Origin: Eledone cirrhosa
Taxonomy: Eukaryota
Length of the DNA stretch: 64,000 nt
Direction of reading: 5' to 3'
Assembly: GCA_964016885.1 (NCBI GenBank)
Contig: OZ024740.1
Location: 123,380,001 to 123,444,000 of the forward strand
Shown: one piece after another, positions 22,690-36,650 of the stretch
How the letters are laid out: each line of letters opens with the position of its first letter
Numbering within the stretch: the stretch's first letter is position 1
Position numbers and translations under genes: made by a program
Notes under the pieces: model-generated
The model's input: only the letters and a program-made list of their open reading frames with translations
What the model was told of the DNA's origin: nothing
Database searches by the model: none

Positions 22690-22900
22690 ACAAAGATGCT
22701 TAATTTGTAGGCAAAGGTTTGATGACTTCAGACTTACGGTGACATTATTCTAACGCTAGTTTCACCAACATATTCATGTAATTCACTGTTTTCAGTGATG
22801 AAATATTTAGCTTGTATGATTATAAGAAAAACATTACTGCTGAGATAGTTCTCAAAACAACTAAATACAATACTGATATCAAGTACGTTATTTGTAGTGC
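22690..22900 (+). pseudogene. Possible hAT transposase C-terminal dimerisation-domain relic
   Basis: LVSPTYSCNSLFSVMKY resembles the hATC STYxCExxFSxMK motif. Confidence 0.35.
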
Positions 22901-25900
22901 TGCAGAAAACGTCATGTGTGTAGGATTGAAGATAATGCTATAAATGTTAATACTTCTTATTATGTTAATACTTCTTATTACATCTTAACATCTTGTAATG
23001 ATTTTGCAGAAAATGTCTAAAAACAGCTTGGTTAATTCGTTTCTTTATATTATTTGTTACTAGTGGAGCGACGGCTGTGAAAGTTCGTTGTATTATAGGA
23101 AATGCTTTACTTTTTAATGTTAAGGAGTTATTGTGCTGCTTCATTTTTACTTTTCAAAAATCTTTTGCTGTCACAGTTTCATCTGGCACTGAATGTTAAG
23201 TATCTACAGTGTAATACATGTTATATTTCCTATTGTCTCATTTAAAAACATTGATAATATTTTTCATCTTGATAATAAATTCAATATTGTATATTTTATA
23301 TTTTTTTCAACTTTTAATATTAATAATTGCTTCAACCTACATTCCACTACAATGCTGCTCATCTATTTCAATTCCTCTTGTTAACAGTAAAACATAAATA
23401 CATATCAAGACTCCTCCTTTTTCCTGAAAAAAAAATCCATTATTTAATCATTCATTTTATTTTTGTAAATTGTTTGTTTTAAATAAAACATGTAGTTCTG
23501 AAAAATAGATATCCCCTTTAAACAATTCAGAAGTTATTGTTTGAAGAGACATAAGGTTGCTTTAAGGAAAAAAAATAGTCTGCTGCTTAAATATTCTCTC
23601 GAGCACATGAGGGTATTTTCTTAGAAAATGGTCCCCAAATACGTTTACACCCTATAATATTGTAGCATAGCTTTTAATAGCCACAGTGGTATCATTTTTT
23701 AATTGCTCATGGGCTTTAGAACCCAATGATATAACATTTTCTATCTTCATTAGTCTCCTTGCTGCTTGCAACTTGACACTTAGCAGCAATTCAACATTTT
23801 CTTTTTACTTTTCTTTAAAAACATGTGATTCTTTGTATCATTTCCAACCAAAATGTATGTTCATGTATTTTCTTGCGTGTTCCTTATCTCAAAATATTTA
23901 AGTTGAATTATTTGCAGGTGTATTCTATATATAATTATATTTTCAATAAAATCTTAAACAAATTTCAGCTATAAATGATGGCAATAACGTTTCTCGTATT
24001 CCAATATTAAATCTAAAGAGTGTATATAAAATTCAGTAGCAAATAAAACCTTCCAAGAAGACATAAAATTTACAATCAATCTATATATTTGTCATCATTC
24101 ATCAGTTTGATTATTGGTAATATAAATCGTTGTTTTATGATTATTATAAAAAATAATTAATCTTTTTCAGTTTTCCCTCGATTGCCTATATTCAAGTAGC
24201 TTTTTGTAAATGTTGCACTTTTATATATTTTCAAAATTGAAATTTTAAGGACTTCTTGCTATTTCTGCTGTCATCTTAAATAATTTAGGGGTGTAAAAGA
24301 CATGAACATCCAGAATAACAACCAGTTTCAAAAGTTCACTTGAGTGCTCTATTTGCTGCTAACAATGTAGATGTAGTTGGAATAGATTATATGATGACAG
24401 AATGTGAAGTGCACTGTTGCATGACAGTGAGTCATAGGTATCAAGATGGATGCCTTGTGGTATCATTATGGGCTCTGAACAATCCGAGTTCCAATCCTAC
24501 CACTGGAAGATTTATGACATAAAATTGGAATCCCTTTACATTTTTTGTAACAGTTTTCCTAGTGTGCGTCATGAGCTTGTTATAGAACTTCTTAATTACT
24601 TTCCATTTTATATTTACCTTAATATTTGGTTCATTTAAATAGAATGTAAAATGTGTTTCAATCATACAATTTTGAATAACTATTCGTTTTAACCTTTTGT
24701 TCATCACAGATTTTATTTGCTGTGAATCTGTACCATTAAATTTCTACTTCAATGGCTTGAGTAAATTCACTTGCAAGTGTTAATTTCATGTGCTATTTTT
24801 TAATTCATTGACTGCATTGTTCCAATACGCTAGCCTGTCTTGTGTATCATACCTTGTTTTGTTCATATTCCTTTGATTTAGTGTCATATAAATCATTTGT
24901 CATTGTCCTTGGTATCATTGGGTCTATTTCTGTATTAGATCAGCTTTGCCTTTCATCCTTCCAGAGTTGAAAAAATAAGTACCATTTGAAATACCAGAAT
25001 TCAACTCTATCTCTCTCTCTCTCTTGATTGTTTGATACTTTTGTGGGTTGTGTTTGGTCAATAGCATAACATTTGAAGCAGTGTGTCATTTCACATATAC
25101 ACAACACCTAAAACAGAAACAAAGGCATGAAGAATGCTACTACCAATTCATAGTGAATGTTGATAGCTTAGTTATTGTATAATCATTATACTGATTAACA
25201 GTTTTTTTTTATTTATTACTGCTTGATTAAAAGAGGAAGGCTCGTGTTTCTGGTGCTTTTCAGGGCATCTATGACTGGGAAGAATGAGGATGTTTATCTT
25301 AATTCTGGACATCTGGCCCAAAAGCTTGCAACTGAGTGAACTCTGATGAAAGCAATTGAGTACCAGGTGATTGTATTAAAATAAGAGACATTATGTCTTC
25401 CAACAAAATATGAGAATTGTCTCACTGACAGATATTCTTAATTTTTTAATTACTGTCCATCACATTCAATTCAGAAAGTGTTGTTAAAACACAGTCTATA
25501 TCAGAAGATATATTCCCAAGATTCCATGTAATTGGATTGCAACGAAAATAACATAATTGCATAGTGAACTTTGAACTCTGAAAACAACCGTGTCTATACA
25601 TATTGTAGGAATTGAAAATATGTTCATGTATGCTTACACATGCACTCACACACACATGCACACACACTAACTCTAACACTCTCATACATTCACCCACATG
25701 CTCTCTTGCTTGCACACAGTCTCTCTCTACCTCTCTTTCTCTCTCACTCTTTCTCACTCTCTTATTCCCATATTTTCTCTTGCTCTCTCTATCACTCTCC
25801 AGAAAATGTTAACCAGCAAAGCAATATTTTAATTCTACATATTGTACCAAAAATTCTTTTTAAGCATTAGTTCATTTGATGTGATTTACCTCTAACAGTT

Positions 25901-27019
25901 TCTTGAAAATAATTTTTTTGTTAAATTTGAAATAAGCACTAAATATATATAAACAAATATATTGTAAAATGTTCCGTGTTTATGGAAGGATAGCCTATTA
26001 GAAAAATGTTTGTTGATTTCTACTATTTAATTAAATAAGATCATTCACAGTTATATTATAACCCTTTCAATGACATCTGCTATTTTTCGACAAATATATT
26101 ATGCATATTTATTTTTGTGTAGAAATCAATAGAACTGACAGAATATTATTGAGGTAGAAGTTATATATTGGTATATGTCAATTTGTATATATGTTTTGTT
26201 AGCTTCACCCGATGTATTTCTTTTTACAGTTGTCAAAACAACAAAAAAAAGATAAAAAATATCCAATGGGTAAAATTACAATGGAAATGAAGCATCTGAA
26301 ATTCTCTTTCAGCTGTTTCTCCACTTTAAAAATGCATATAAAATAACAAAAAGTGGAAAAAAATCTTAAGAAATATTTTACTATTTATATGCAATTTACA
26401 GCTAGTGAAGAACCTTTTTAACTATAAATATGCTTCCATCAAACATAAATGTTTTTTTTTTTTTACATTGATTTCATATTTAAGTGAAAAAGGATTATGA
26501 TATTATTGTCAAAAGGCATGGGGGAGAAAATAAGCTGTTGTCAGTAGCTGACAAAAATATGAGTTGTTGTTCTAGGTATAAAATTTCAGTTAAAGTCAAT
26601 ACTCTTTTTTTGCTCGGCTCTTAATAAAAAAAGTGATCCCACCAAGCTGCCAGTATTAACATAAGTTATAAGAAATATAACAAGAAATATAGTATTATAT
26701 GAGTGAATCTATTTAACAAATAGGAAAGGAAATATGGCAATGCAAACATATTACAATATGTCCCCTTTTGAAAGATGTAGTTCTATTTTTTTTTGTGAAA
26801 TTATTTTACTTCTCATACTAGATTTGTTATCCATATTGAGTGTTGTAAGTGTAATATACAGTCAATAAAACTGTTGTCAGTAATGTTGAATTTAGCATCA
26901 ATTACATCTACATTTGGTCATTTTTAAATTGTTTAAAAATAATTAAATAAGTAAGGAATAATTATAAAACATCAATTCAATAAAGAGATTCAATTTTCTT
27001 AAATAGATTGTGAAAATTC

Positions 27020-28345
27020 TCAAAAGAGGAAAACATTATCACATGCTGTAGCCTGTTTGTAAAATGAAAATATTTTCATAATCAGAAGCTTAATAATCTT
27101 TTCACATGTCTAAAGAATAAAATGTTTCATGCTAAAGTCTAGTCCTGAAAACAAAACTTTTCATGGATTAAAGACTTTTTCTCAAAAGAAAGAGTTTCTA
27201 CATGTTAAATAATATTCTGTAAGAATATTTTCTACATGTTAAAGCAGGCATGGGTAACATTTTCGAGCAGTGGACCACATAGGATGTCTCATCATATTTG
27301 TGGACTACTAAAAACTTCATGGTAGTTTTGAAATTAGACATGCCATTAAGAAAGCCATATGGGCCGCAGTTTGCCTGTGTTAAAGCCTATTTTTCCAATG
27401 AAAAATAGTTACTACTTGCTTCTCAAAACGAAACATTTTTTTAACCCAAATACTTTTTCTCAAAGGACAAAAACCATAGGCTAAAGCTTGTGCCGAAGGA
27501 AAAGGGTTTCCCATGCTGCAACTTCTTTCTGCCTGAAAACATGTTTTTAAAGAATGAAGATTATTTCTTAAATGAATAACCTTCCATAGGCTGAAATTCT
27601 ATTTCTGTAAAGTAATATTTTTTTCATATAGAAAAACCATTTCATATGTTGAAAGTTATTCCTCACAGGAGAAAATATTTACATGCTAAAACATATTTCT
27701 TACATGGAAGAATTTTGATAGTCTGAAGCTAGTTTCTGAAAGCAATAAAAATGCTATAGGCTGAAGACTTTTTCTCACAAAGAGAAAACAAATAATTTGC
27801 CACATACTAAAGCCAGATTTTAATTGGCACAATATAATCACATGCTGAATCTGTTTCTCAAAGGAAAAAGCAAATTCATACGTTGAAGCCTGTTTCTGAA
27901 AATAAGACAATCTTATAAACTGAAGCCTCTTTAATCAATGGAATACATCAACTGAAGGGGAAAATGGTTGCCTTTTGAATGCTTGGTTCACAAAAGAAAA
28001 ATGATGTTTCTTTGTTGAAAGCCTGTTTCTGAAGCAAACATTTTACATGCTGAAACCTGATTCTCATAAGAGAAAACCTTATGCTGAAATCGGTTTTTTA
28101 TAGGAAAAGAGTTTTACATGTTGAACACTTTTATTGATAGACATTTCATATCTGAAGCTTGTTTTTGGTTAAGTAAAATATTTTTAAAAGCTGATGTATC
28201 TTTCCCAAATGAAAATTCATTTACATGCTGAAGCTTTTTGTTCCAAAGAAAACCTTTTCTTATGCTGAAGGTTATTTCTAAAAGGAAAAACATTCAGATT
28301 CTGAAGCATTTTTCTTGAATGAAATATATTTGAAATGAGAAAATA
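27020..28345. repeat. Degenerate ~39-bp minisatellite array, roughly 30 units
   Basis: Recurring CATGCTGAAGCCTGTTTCTCAAA.GGAAAA...TTT(T/A)CA-like units, e.g. at 27841, 27880, 28045, 28223. Confidence 0.8.
27245..27377. mobile_element. hAT (Charlie-type) MITE
   Basis: Inverted ends CAGGCA / TGCCTG, subterminal GGGCCGCAGTTTG, exact 8-bp TSD TGTTAAAG (27237-27244, 27378-27385). Confidence 0.85.
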
Positions 28346-28734
28346 TTTATCAATACTGAAAGGGTAAAAGGTAAATTTGACCTCAAAGGCCCAAGGAATA
28401 AGAAATATGTGGCATTATATACACACAAAAGCATGCACACAATCTCAATGTTGCTTGCTAGTAATTATAATTATATATAATAATAAATATCCATTCTATA
28501 TAAAGTCATGCCCCTCTCTCCAGAAAAAGAAAATCATTGGCCATTATCATGGGAAATGTTCTATTGTGTGTGTCAAATGACAGATGACTGGTGACAAGAA
28601 GCTAGGATATATAATTCCTAGATAATGGAGAATGTAACAACCAAATTTCCATATGTACAAATGTTAATACAAGAAATATGAAACCAAAATACTTAGTCTT
28701 GTCTTAGACAATTTTTTTCAAGAGGGGGACGAAT

Positions 28735-28880
28735 TGACCCCCTACTATACCAGGAGTTTATCAACCTCAATAGGATGAAAGACAATACTGACCTTAGCAT
28801 GATTAGAAGTCAGCACTTAAAAAGCTGGAACAAATACCCAAAATAATTCTATCAGACAGTCTAATGCCTGCCAATTTGCT
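28735..28880 (-). mobile_element. Older SINE copy
   Basis: TTTATCAACCTCAATAGGATGAAAGACAA..GACCTTAGCATGATT is a decayed form of the SINE central domain. Confidence 0.6.
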
Positions 28881-30071
28881 GCACATTTAATATAATAACA
28901 TTAAAGATATATGTCATGTAAATATTAATTAATGTTTAGTATTCAATGTACTTTGAATCAGTGATTTTTATCCACACTCCTTTGAGAAGTGTGTTAAACA
29001 CCATTTCACCTACGAGGCCATAACATAGAAACATATCTGCAATTGTCTCTTGTGCTAGCTGATATAATTAAAATAATATTAGTAATTTACTAATATTGAT
29101 TTTTCCCTACTGCATAATTATTTCTAGTTAACGTTTTAATGCTCACTGCCTTAAATATGTTAACACTAATTTAAATCTAGTTTGCATAGGAATAGCATTT
29201 CTGAATTATTTATTCTCTATTAAGTGCCCATACTATCAGTGAGTTCAGGCTTCTTGTCAGATGAGAATACTATTATCTCTTTTCCTTTTGTCAGTTAACA
29301 TAAGTGTTGATTTCTTACAATAATACAATTCTTTGTAAAGCTGGTGAAGATCTCATTTCTTTTAGATAGATTTAACAGTAGAATATTTGCTAAAGGGAAC
29401 TGATTAATTGTACAATAATTGTTTTTCAGTTTGTGCATTGCAGTAATTTTACTTGAAAATAAACAATCTTTATTTCCCAATAAAATCTTTCTTTATGGTG
29501 CATTTTAGTTGTGGAGAAAAACAAGTTTTGTTTTTTTGTAATTATTATCAATTTACTGTTTGTTAGTTGATCTTTTCTTTGAGCAGATAATAAAATTCCT
29601 TCCATGCATAGTTGTCTTCAAGGTTTGTCTTTCACTGGTTAACATGCAATAAACAGATAAGAGAAACGTCTTTCTGTGGTTAGGACACAATTCTCTTGTG
29701 AGTTCATTTCAGAATAAATATATGTTGTATGCCACGATTTATTGAAGCAAATCAGTTTATTTATTTTAATTCCTGACAATGTTGCTTTAACTACAAAATT
29801 ACACCATCTCTAATCTCTCTGAGATTAGTCTAAAATTCTATTTAATTCTATTAATAAGATTTCAAACTTAACACACTATAATTATCATCATCAAATAAGA
29901 AAACAAATAAATACCAGATATTGCTTATCAAATTCATTTCAATGTAAATCTTATTTTAAGATGCCTTCATGTATAAATTTTCTTTTTTATGGACTATAAG
30001 CACAGGCATTGCTGTGTGATGAAGTAATTTGATTTACAACCAAATGGTTGTGATCAGCCCAGATATATATA

Positions 30072-30390
30072 AGGCGTATAGCTTAGTGGTTAGAGCATTG
30101 GGCTTGCAATCATGTGATTGTGAGTGCAATGCTCAGACTGGGTGATCTGTTGCGTCCTTGAGCAAGACACTTTATTTCAGTTTGCTCAGCTGTAGAAATG
30201 AGTTGTAATATCACTGGTTACAAACTTTATTGGCCTTAACCTTTCCCTTGTACAACATCAGTGGTAAGAAGAGGGGAGACAGGTGTGCATGGGTGACTGA
30301 TGGTCTTCCACACAAAACCTTGCATCTTGCCTTGGAGAAGAGCTTTCTAGGTGCAAATCCCATTGTCATTTGTGACTGAAGGAGGTATTT
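30072..30390 (+). mobile_element. Second tRNA-derived SINE family with CORE-like segment
   Basis: GGCGTATAGCTTAGTGGTTAGAGCATTGGGCTTGCAATC (tRNA-like head) followed by GTCCTTGAGCAAGACACTTTA. Confidence 0.7.
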
Positions 30391-30809
30391 ATATATACCA
30401 AGATTAAACCAGTATTAAACTAATAACACCATTATTCAACACAGTACATGGTACTTGGAGTGTGACTATATTAGAAAAAGTTAGGGTCCGGTGACTGAGC
30501 TCTTACCATTTCAACAGCTAATTCCAGACTTTCTAATATATATACATAAGATAGAGTGAATTGACAAGATCCCACACCTCCAATTATGGTGGAACAAATC
30601 AAATCATGTTTCCAATGGTCTTTCTATTGTTGATAATATCTGGTGGCAATTCTTGGCCGGAAAGTGAAGGGAAATAAAACGTTTTGCTGAAGGATGTAAA
30701 GCAATTCTCAGTCTGGGAATCAAATTTGCAGCCTCAGGATTGTGAATCCAATTCTCTCAACACAAAGCCATGTGTATATATTTGTCTGTGTGTATATATG
30801 ATATCTCTT

Positions 30810-32097
30810 GACTGGAAATTCTGAGAATCCAGGAATACATCCTGTGGGCCATGTCAACTTTGCTGTTTCTATGAGTGGCTTAGCTTATATTATCAACAAT
30901 TGCTCCCAGGTCTCTGATGTTGTTAGATGCCAAGTGGGTTTCACCTGAAAGAATGGAGTATGCGAGTTCCAGTGCATCCTCTTTTCCAAAGTGGATTAGT
31001 TCAAATTTATCCTTGTTCAGGAGCATATTTTTCCACACATTGGATAACAGCAAGTAGATCCAATTGAAGCATGTCCAATCTTGCGCCCATTTGATGACAT
31101 TTGCATCTCGGAATCATCTGCAAAGATTATGTTGTTGTGCTTGATGACATCAGAAATGTCATTGATATAAATAATGAAGAGATTTGACCCTAACAGTACA
31201 ATTTGTGGCACCACTACTGACTTTGGCTGGGCTTGATTGTACTTTGACTACATGTTGAGCTTTTTCAGGAAACAATTGATCCATTGCAGTAACTTTCCTG
31301 AGACACCAATGTTAGATAATGTTTTCTGTAGAATGTTGTGATAAACCCTGTCAAAGCCCTTGCTTAAATCAAGGTGTAAGACATTAGTTTGGATCCTTCT
31401 CCCATAATTCTAAAAATGTCATCAAAAGGATGCAGGAGCTGTGCTATGCTGTCTTTACTGCTACTGAAACCATGCTGGTTGGAGTACAGCAGATTGTTGC
31501 TTTCAAGAAAGTGAGTTATTTGTAATCTCACTATCCTCTCAAATACCTTAATGATATGAGAGGTGAGTAAGATTGGACAGCAATACACTGTAAGAGACTT
31601 GTTTCCCTTTTTGAAAACTTGGACAACAGACTGAAACAGAGTGTTCAGGTATATAACCAGTGACCAGTGAGTTATTCCACAGATTAACTGGAGGAGATGC
31701 AAGTTGGTGTTGACACACCTTCAGGATACTGGCAGGGAACCTACTTGGGCCTAATGTTGAGTTAAGTTTAATTTTGTTTATTGCCTCAAAGATATATAAC
31801 TTTATGCCCAATAATGTGTGTTGGGGATTAAGATAACTGGTACAGCCCAGATTACCCATATTAGGATTGCTGAAAACAGAACAGTATTGTTTCTGCAGTA
31901 TCTCACCCATGGCTTCAGCATTGTCTTGGAGAGTGCCCTGTTCATCAATCAGAGGGCAAACAGTGGAGAGAGTGATGTTGTGTTTTTTCATAAATGAAAT
32001 GAAGACTTTGGGATTGAGTTTGATTTTCAGAATGGCCCATTTTTCCTTAGCTATTCTTTGGTTATTAAGGACGGTTTTCAAGCATTATTGGAGAATA
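30810..32097 (-). mobile_element. CR1-like LINE ORF2, RT half, decayed
   Basis: IKLNPKVF..EILQKQYCSVFS; LLTSHIIKVFERIV..LESNNLLYSNQHGF; VPQ..LG..LFIIYINDI..IFADD. Confidence 0.88.
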
Positions 32098-35032
32098 TAT
32101 CATCATCATCATTTTACGTCCGCATTTGCCTGCTTGGGCTGGACCGGTCCTATTCAGCACAGCATCTCTCCACTTGTCACAGTCCTTCATCATCTCCTCG
32201 GTGAGTTTCAGTAATCTGAGGTCTGCTCTCACCACCTCCGCCCATGTTGTTTTTAGGTCTACCTCTACTGCGTCTTCCTTCTACTGGGATTTCTTGGCAC
32301 TTCTTTACCCAGCGGTCATGCTCCATGCGCATTATATATCTATACCATCTCAGCCTACTCTTCTGCACACTACAACTTATCCCTCTTATATCCAGTTTCT
32401 TTCTCAACTCGTCCATGCTCGGTCGTTCACACACATTGACATTGCACATCCAAACCTAGCATACTTGCTTCATTTCTCTCCAGCTGTTGCATATCCTCTG
32501 CTGTTGCTGCCTATGTCTCACTACCATGCAGCATCGCTCATCTCACGCAGGCATCATATAACTCTCCTTTCATATAACTCTCCTTTCATATGCAGGGAGA
32601 AACCCTTCTTTGTCAACAAAGGAAGCAGCTCCCTAAACTTCTCCCAACCCGTCCTTATTCTAGATACTATGGCCTTGGAACACCCCTTCCCATGCTAATC
32701 TGATCTCCTAGGTACCGGAAGCTATCAACCACTTCTATAGAGCCTACCTGCATTGGAAAAAATGTGTCTATCACTGAAATTAATACTGCCAACTTTCCCT
32801 GTAAATCAACTGCATACATAGTGTTCCCTACCTGTTAGTTTGCCTGCTATCCCACTACATCACTTGTGTACCCAAGATCAGCATTGCGTACATTTAATGG
32901 AATTTATGTCAGTACCTTTCCTACATATCGAACATGGCCATTTCCCTGATGGAATCGGAGTATTGTCCTATCTTCTACTTATCAACACTTTTGTCTTAGC
33001 TATGGTCACTCTCAGTCCTCTTGATTCCAACTGCTGTTTCCATAGCCAGAATTTATTCTCTAGCTCCTCTACTGATTCTGCTATAAGAGCCAGATCATCA
33101 GCATAGAGAAGTTCCCATGGGCATCCAGTCTTAAACTCCTCTGTTATGGCTTGGAGGACTATAATGAACAAGAGCGGGCAGAGGACCAAAACCTGATGTA
33201 CACCTACTTGTATCTGGAATTCCTCACTAAACTCCATACCTACTCTCATTTTACTGAGAGCATCCCTGTACATAGCTTGCACCCCTGTACATAGCTTGCA
33301 CTGCCCTCACAAGCCATTCCTCTACACCTAGTTTCCTTAGGTACCAGCAGATGACAGATTGGGGTACCCTATCAAAAACCTTCTCTACGTCAACAGAAGC
33401 TAAGTATAGTGGCTTATTCTTCTCTAGGAACTTCTCTTGTAGTTGCCTCACTAAGAAGAGAGCATCTGTTGTACTTTTCCGAGACACAAAACCAAACTGC
33501 ATCTCATCTAATTTGACTCTTTCTCTAATCAGTTGCGCTAATATTCTCTCTGACACTTTCATAACCAGATCCATCAGCTTTATGCCCTATAGTTGCTCCT
33601 CTCTAGAGAATTCCCTTTACCTTTGTAGCAATTTATGAGAATACTGCTGCACCATTCTTTGGGTATGACACCACCATATATAGCTTGATTAATGATGCGT
33701 GCAACTAGTTTACTGCTTACTTCTCCTGATGCGTTCAGCATCTCAGCAACTATCCCTGACGGTCCAGCAGCCTTACCATTCTTTATTTCCTTAATTGCCT
33801 CTTGTACCCTATATTTGTCAATCTCAATAGCTTGTCCCTCTGTCGGGTCTACTAGGGGTAATTTCTCTCTGTCTCATTCGTTCTCCACATTTATCAGTCT
33901 CTCATAATGACATTTCCAGGCCTCCTTTTTTTGATCATTCATGACACTAAGTACATTGGCATCATTCCAGACACACTTATCTCCAACAACATCCTGATTT
34001 GCACTGACACACTGCCTTGCAATGCGGAACACCGCACGTCTCTGATCTTCCCGTCGCAAACATTGGCAAATCTCCTACTCTCAGCCTCCCTGCGTGCTAA
34101 GTACACCTGACGTCCGGCTTCTCTTTTAGTGGCTGTGTATCCTTCTCTACTCCCACCGTTTTTCCAAGCCTTCCATGCCAGTCTTTTGTCTCTAATGGCC
34201 CTATCTACCGTGCTGTTCCATCACCAGGTCACTCTCTGTCTGGTTGAAGCTCTGCCCCAACCACAAGTTCATTAAGTAGCCTGCAGTAAGTTGTCACGCA
34301 AGAAATTCCAGTTATCATCTATGTCATACAACTCTAAATCTTCTTTTTTTTCATCTTACACATCTTGAAGAGTTTTGCTAAATTTATATTTTAATGAAAG
34401 GTATTTTAGCTTCCAGACCTTTCTTTTCCACACCTTCCTGTATGTCTCATTCTTTCTCTTGCTTACTAATGATGTCATTAACGACTAACCTATGCTGTGG
34501 GGTACATTCTTCCCTGGGGTATGCCTTAGTATTTGACACCATCTGTCTGTCACGCTGTCTAACGAGCAGGAGGTCAATCTGGCTTGTGTGCTCGCCTGAT
34601 TTGTAGGTTATTAGGTGGTTAGTAGTCTTCTGGAAGTTAGTGTTGCAAATGGTTAGTGCATGTGCATCACAAAATTCAAGAAGCCTCACTCTTTCATTTC
34701 TTGAGCCATAACTGTGCCCACCATGTACCCCAGTGTATCCATCTTGGAGCTGTCCAACATGTCCATTGAAGTCCCCCGCTAGCATATCGATGTCTCAGTC
34801 CTCTGTCATTGAGGCTGTTTGTAAAAGTTGCTCATAAAAACAGTCTTTCTCTTCTTTACCTAGGCCTGCCTGGGGAGCATAGGCAGAGATGATTGTCAGT
34901 AGTCTCTTGCCTACAACTAATCTAAGCTTAATTCTATTACTAACTCTAACTACCTCTATTGTCTTATTGATCCATCTCTCAGCCAGTAATATGCCCACCC
35001 CACCTAAACCATCATCATTACCCACCCAGAAT
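32098..35032 (-). mobile_element. RTE-clade LINE, near-complete disrupted ORF, nested in the CR1-like element
   Basis: APE motifs GVGIL, IISAYAPQ, AGDFNGHVG, SQID; RT ELLYADDLALIA; 3' tail GCGGACGTAAAATGATGATGATG. Confidence 0.95.
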
Positions 35033-36650
35033 GGCACAGTTGTACAATATACTCTAATGATCTTGAAGCACTCTTTAAAGCACAGTATGGGCGTTTAGGG
35101 TGACCTATAGAGCCCAATTACTATCAATCATTGGGCTTATTGTTCATGGTGACTGATTCACAGTAGCCATTGGAAAATATATTTCCATCTGCCATAAAGG
35201 AAATTTGCATGAAAATGGCAAGTCTTCCCTTCCTTCTGCCTACAGGATCCACATGGATGGTTGTAAAATTCATCACCTTCACTTCGGTTTCAAAGTGGGA
35301 GTTGTCAAGATGCGTCTCAGTTAGGATGAAGAAAGAGATGTGGTGTGGATGGTTGTCAATCCTCAATGAAATCAACTTTCCATTGTTGTGCATTGATGGA
35401 AGGCTGACATCTTGTACATTGAGTAGAAATATTGAGGCTAGAGTAGTGGCTGGTTTTGACTTTTTCAGGAGCCTTGTCTGTGTTTGCTTGTTAATGGCAG
35501 AAATGGGGTTAGTTGGTGCAGTGGGGTAATAGCATAGGATGGTGATGTGTGATAGATAGAATTATTTGTTTTATCTCTTTTGCCAGGTTTATCATGGCTA
35601 GAAAAGAGTTTTCTTGTTTAGGGAGCAGTTGTTGACTGGATTGTGGTTGCACTGTTAGAGATGGTTATATGTTTCACTTTTGGTTGTACTTTTGTGCCTT
35701 TGTGGAAAGTCTGGATCAGCATTACTGCAGCAGGGGGCATTTTACTGTGGTTTAGGTATTGTTTTTCTTGAGTCCCTGGAAGATTTGTGAAGGGTCAATA
35801 ACATTGCAGACAGTCTCTCATGGTGGGAATACTGGAAGATTTTAGGATTCTGGGTTACATGTGTTTTAGCATTTGATTTAGTATTTGGTGGTGTTGATGT
35901 TATAGTGGGATGCATGCTTTGGGTTTGGCTGGTAGTGTTCATATGAATTGTATGAATTGTCACAGATAGATGCGTGAGGATGCAGTCACTACATGTGCAG
36001 GGCCTTAGGCATAGGGAATGATGGCATATTTTAGGATATTTTGTTTTATGCTGTGAGGGGTACATTCTGCTTCATATATTTTGATAGGCTTTTCATAGTT
36101 CTGTAGTTTTGAGGTGGAAGAAAGTAGTGGTTTATTATTAGTTGAGGTGGTAGAAATTTTCAAAGTAGTAGCAGTAGAAGAGGAGGATAGTTGTGATGGT
36201 TGCTGCAGTTGGTCTCTTAAATTATTCAGTGAAAGTGGTGAATGAAAAAGTGCTGTGTCATTGAGTAAATCCACTATTGTGCTGATATTTAGGAGAGACT
36301 CTTCTCGTTGTTGTTTTGTTGTTACTGTTGCTGTGGCAGTTCTAATTGCTTTTTTGTTATTTGGTGGTGGTTGTTATTGATTCTCTTGACCAATATTTGG
36401 AGAAAAAATATGCCAAAGTTTTTCAAAGCGACTCTGAGTTAGTTTGAATATGACCTCGATGTGTTTAGTTTGCTTCGTATCTGCTTCACAGACTGTGTGG
36501 TGAATATTTGGGCTGTTTTTTTTAGCAATTTCTTTCAGACATAAAGCATCTATATTTTCATTTTGGGAGAGACAAAACCATGCATTTATGAGGGGCTCAA
36601 TTTCTTTCCGAGACCAATTTCGTTTGTTGTAAATGTGTTTATTACTCATG
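35033..36650 (-). mobile_element. CR1-like LINE 5' half (APE N-terminus and putative ORF1 remnants)
   Basis: ILTETHLD..EVKVMNFTTIHVD..GRRKGRLAIF at 35124-35393; Cys/His motif CHHSLCLRPCTCSDCILTH upstream; same strand as 30810-32097. Confidence 0.7.

Larger units (their letters stand above)
26062..28364. mobile_element. Candidate piggyBac-like non-autonomous element enclosing the minisatellite
   Basis: 8-bp inverted ends CCCTTTCA / TGAAAGGG flanked by TTAA-like ATAA / TAAA; the right end coincides with the end of the repeat array. Confidence 0.35.

Noticed and set aside
27020-28345. CRISPR-like periodicity
   Set aside because: Degenerate contiguous units without unique spacers; eukaryotic context; no cas genes.
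30072-30145. tRNA gene
   Set aside because: B-box decayed, no acceptor stem, continues into a SINE body.
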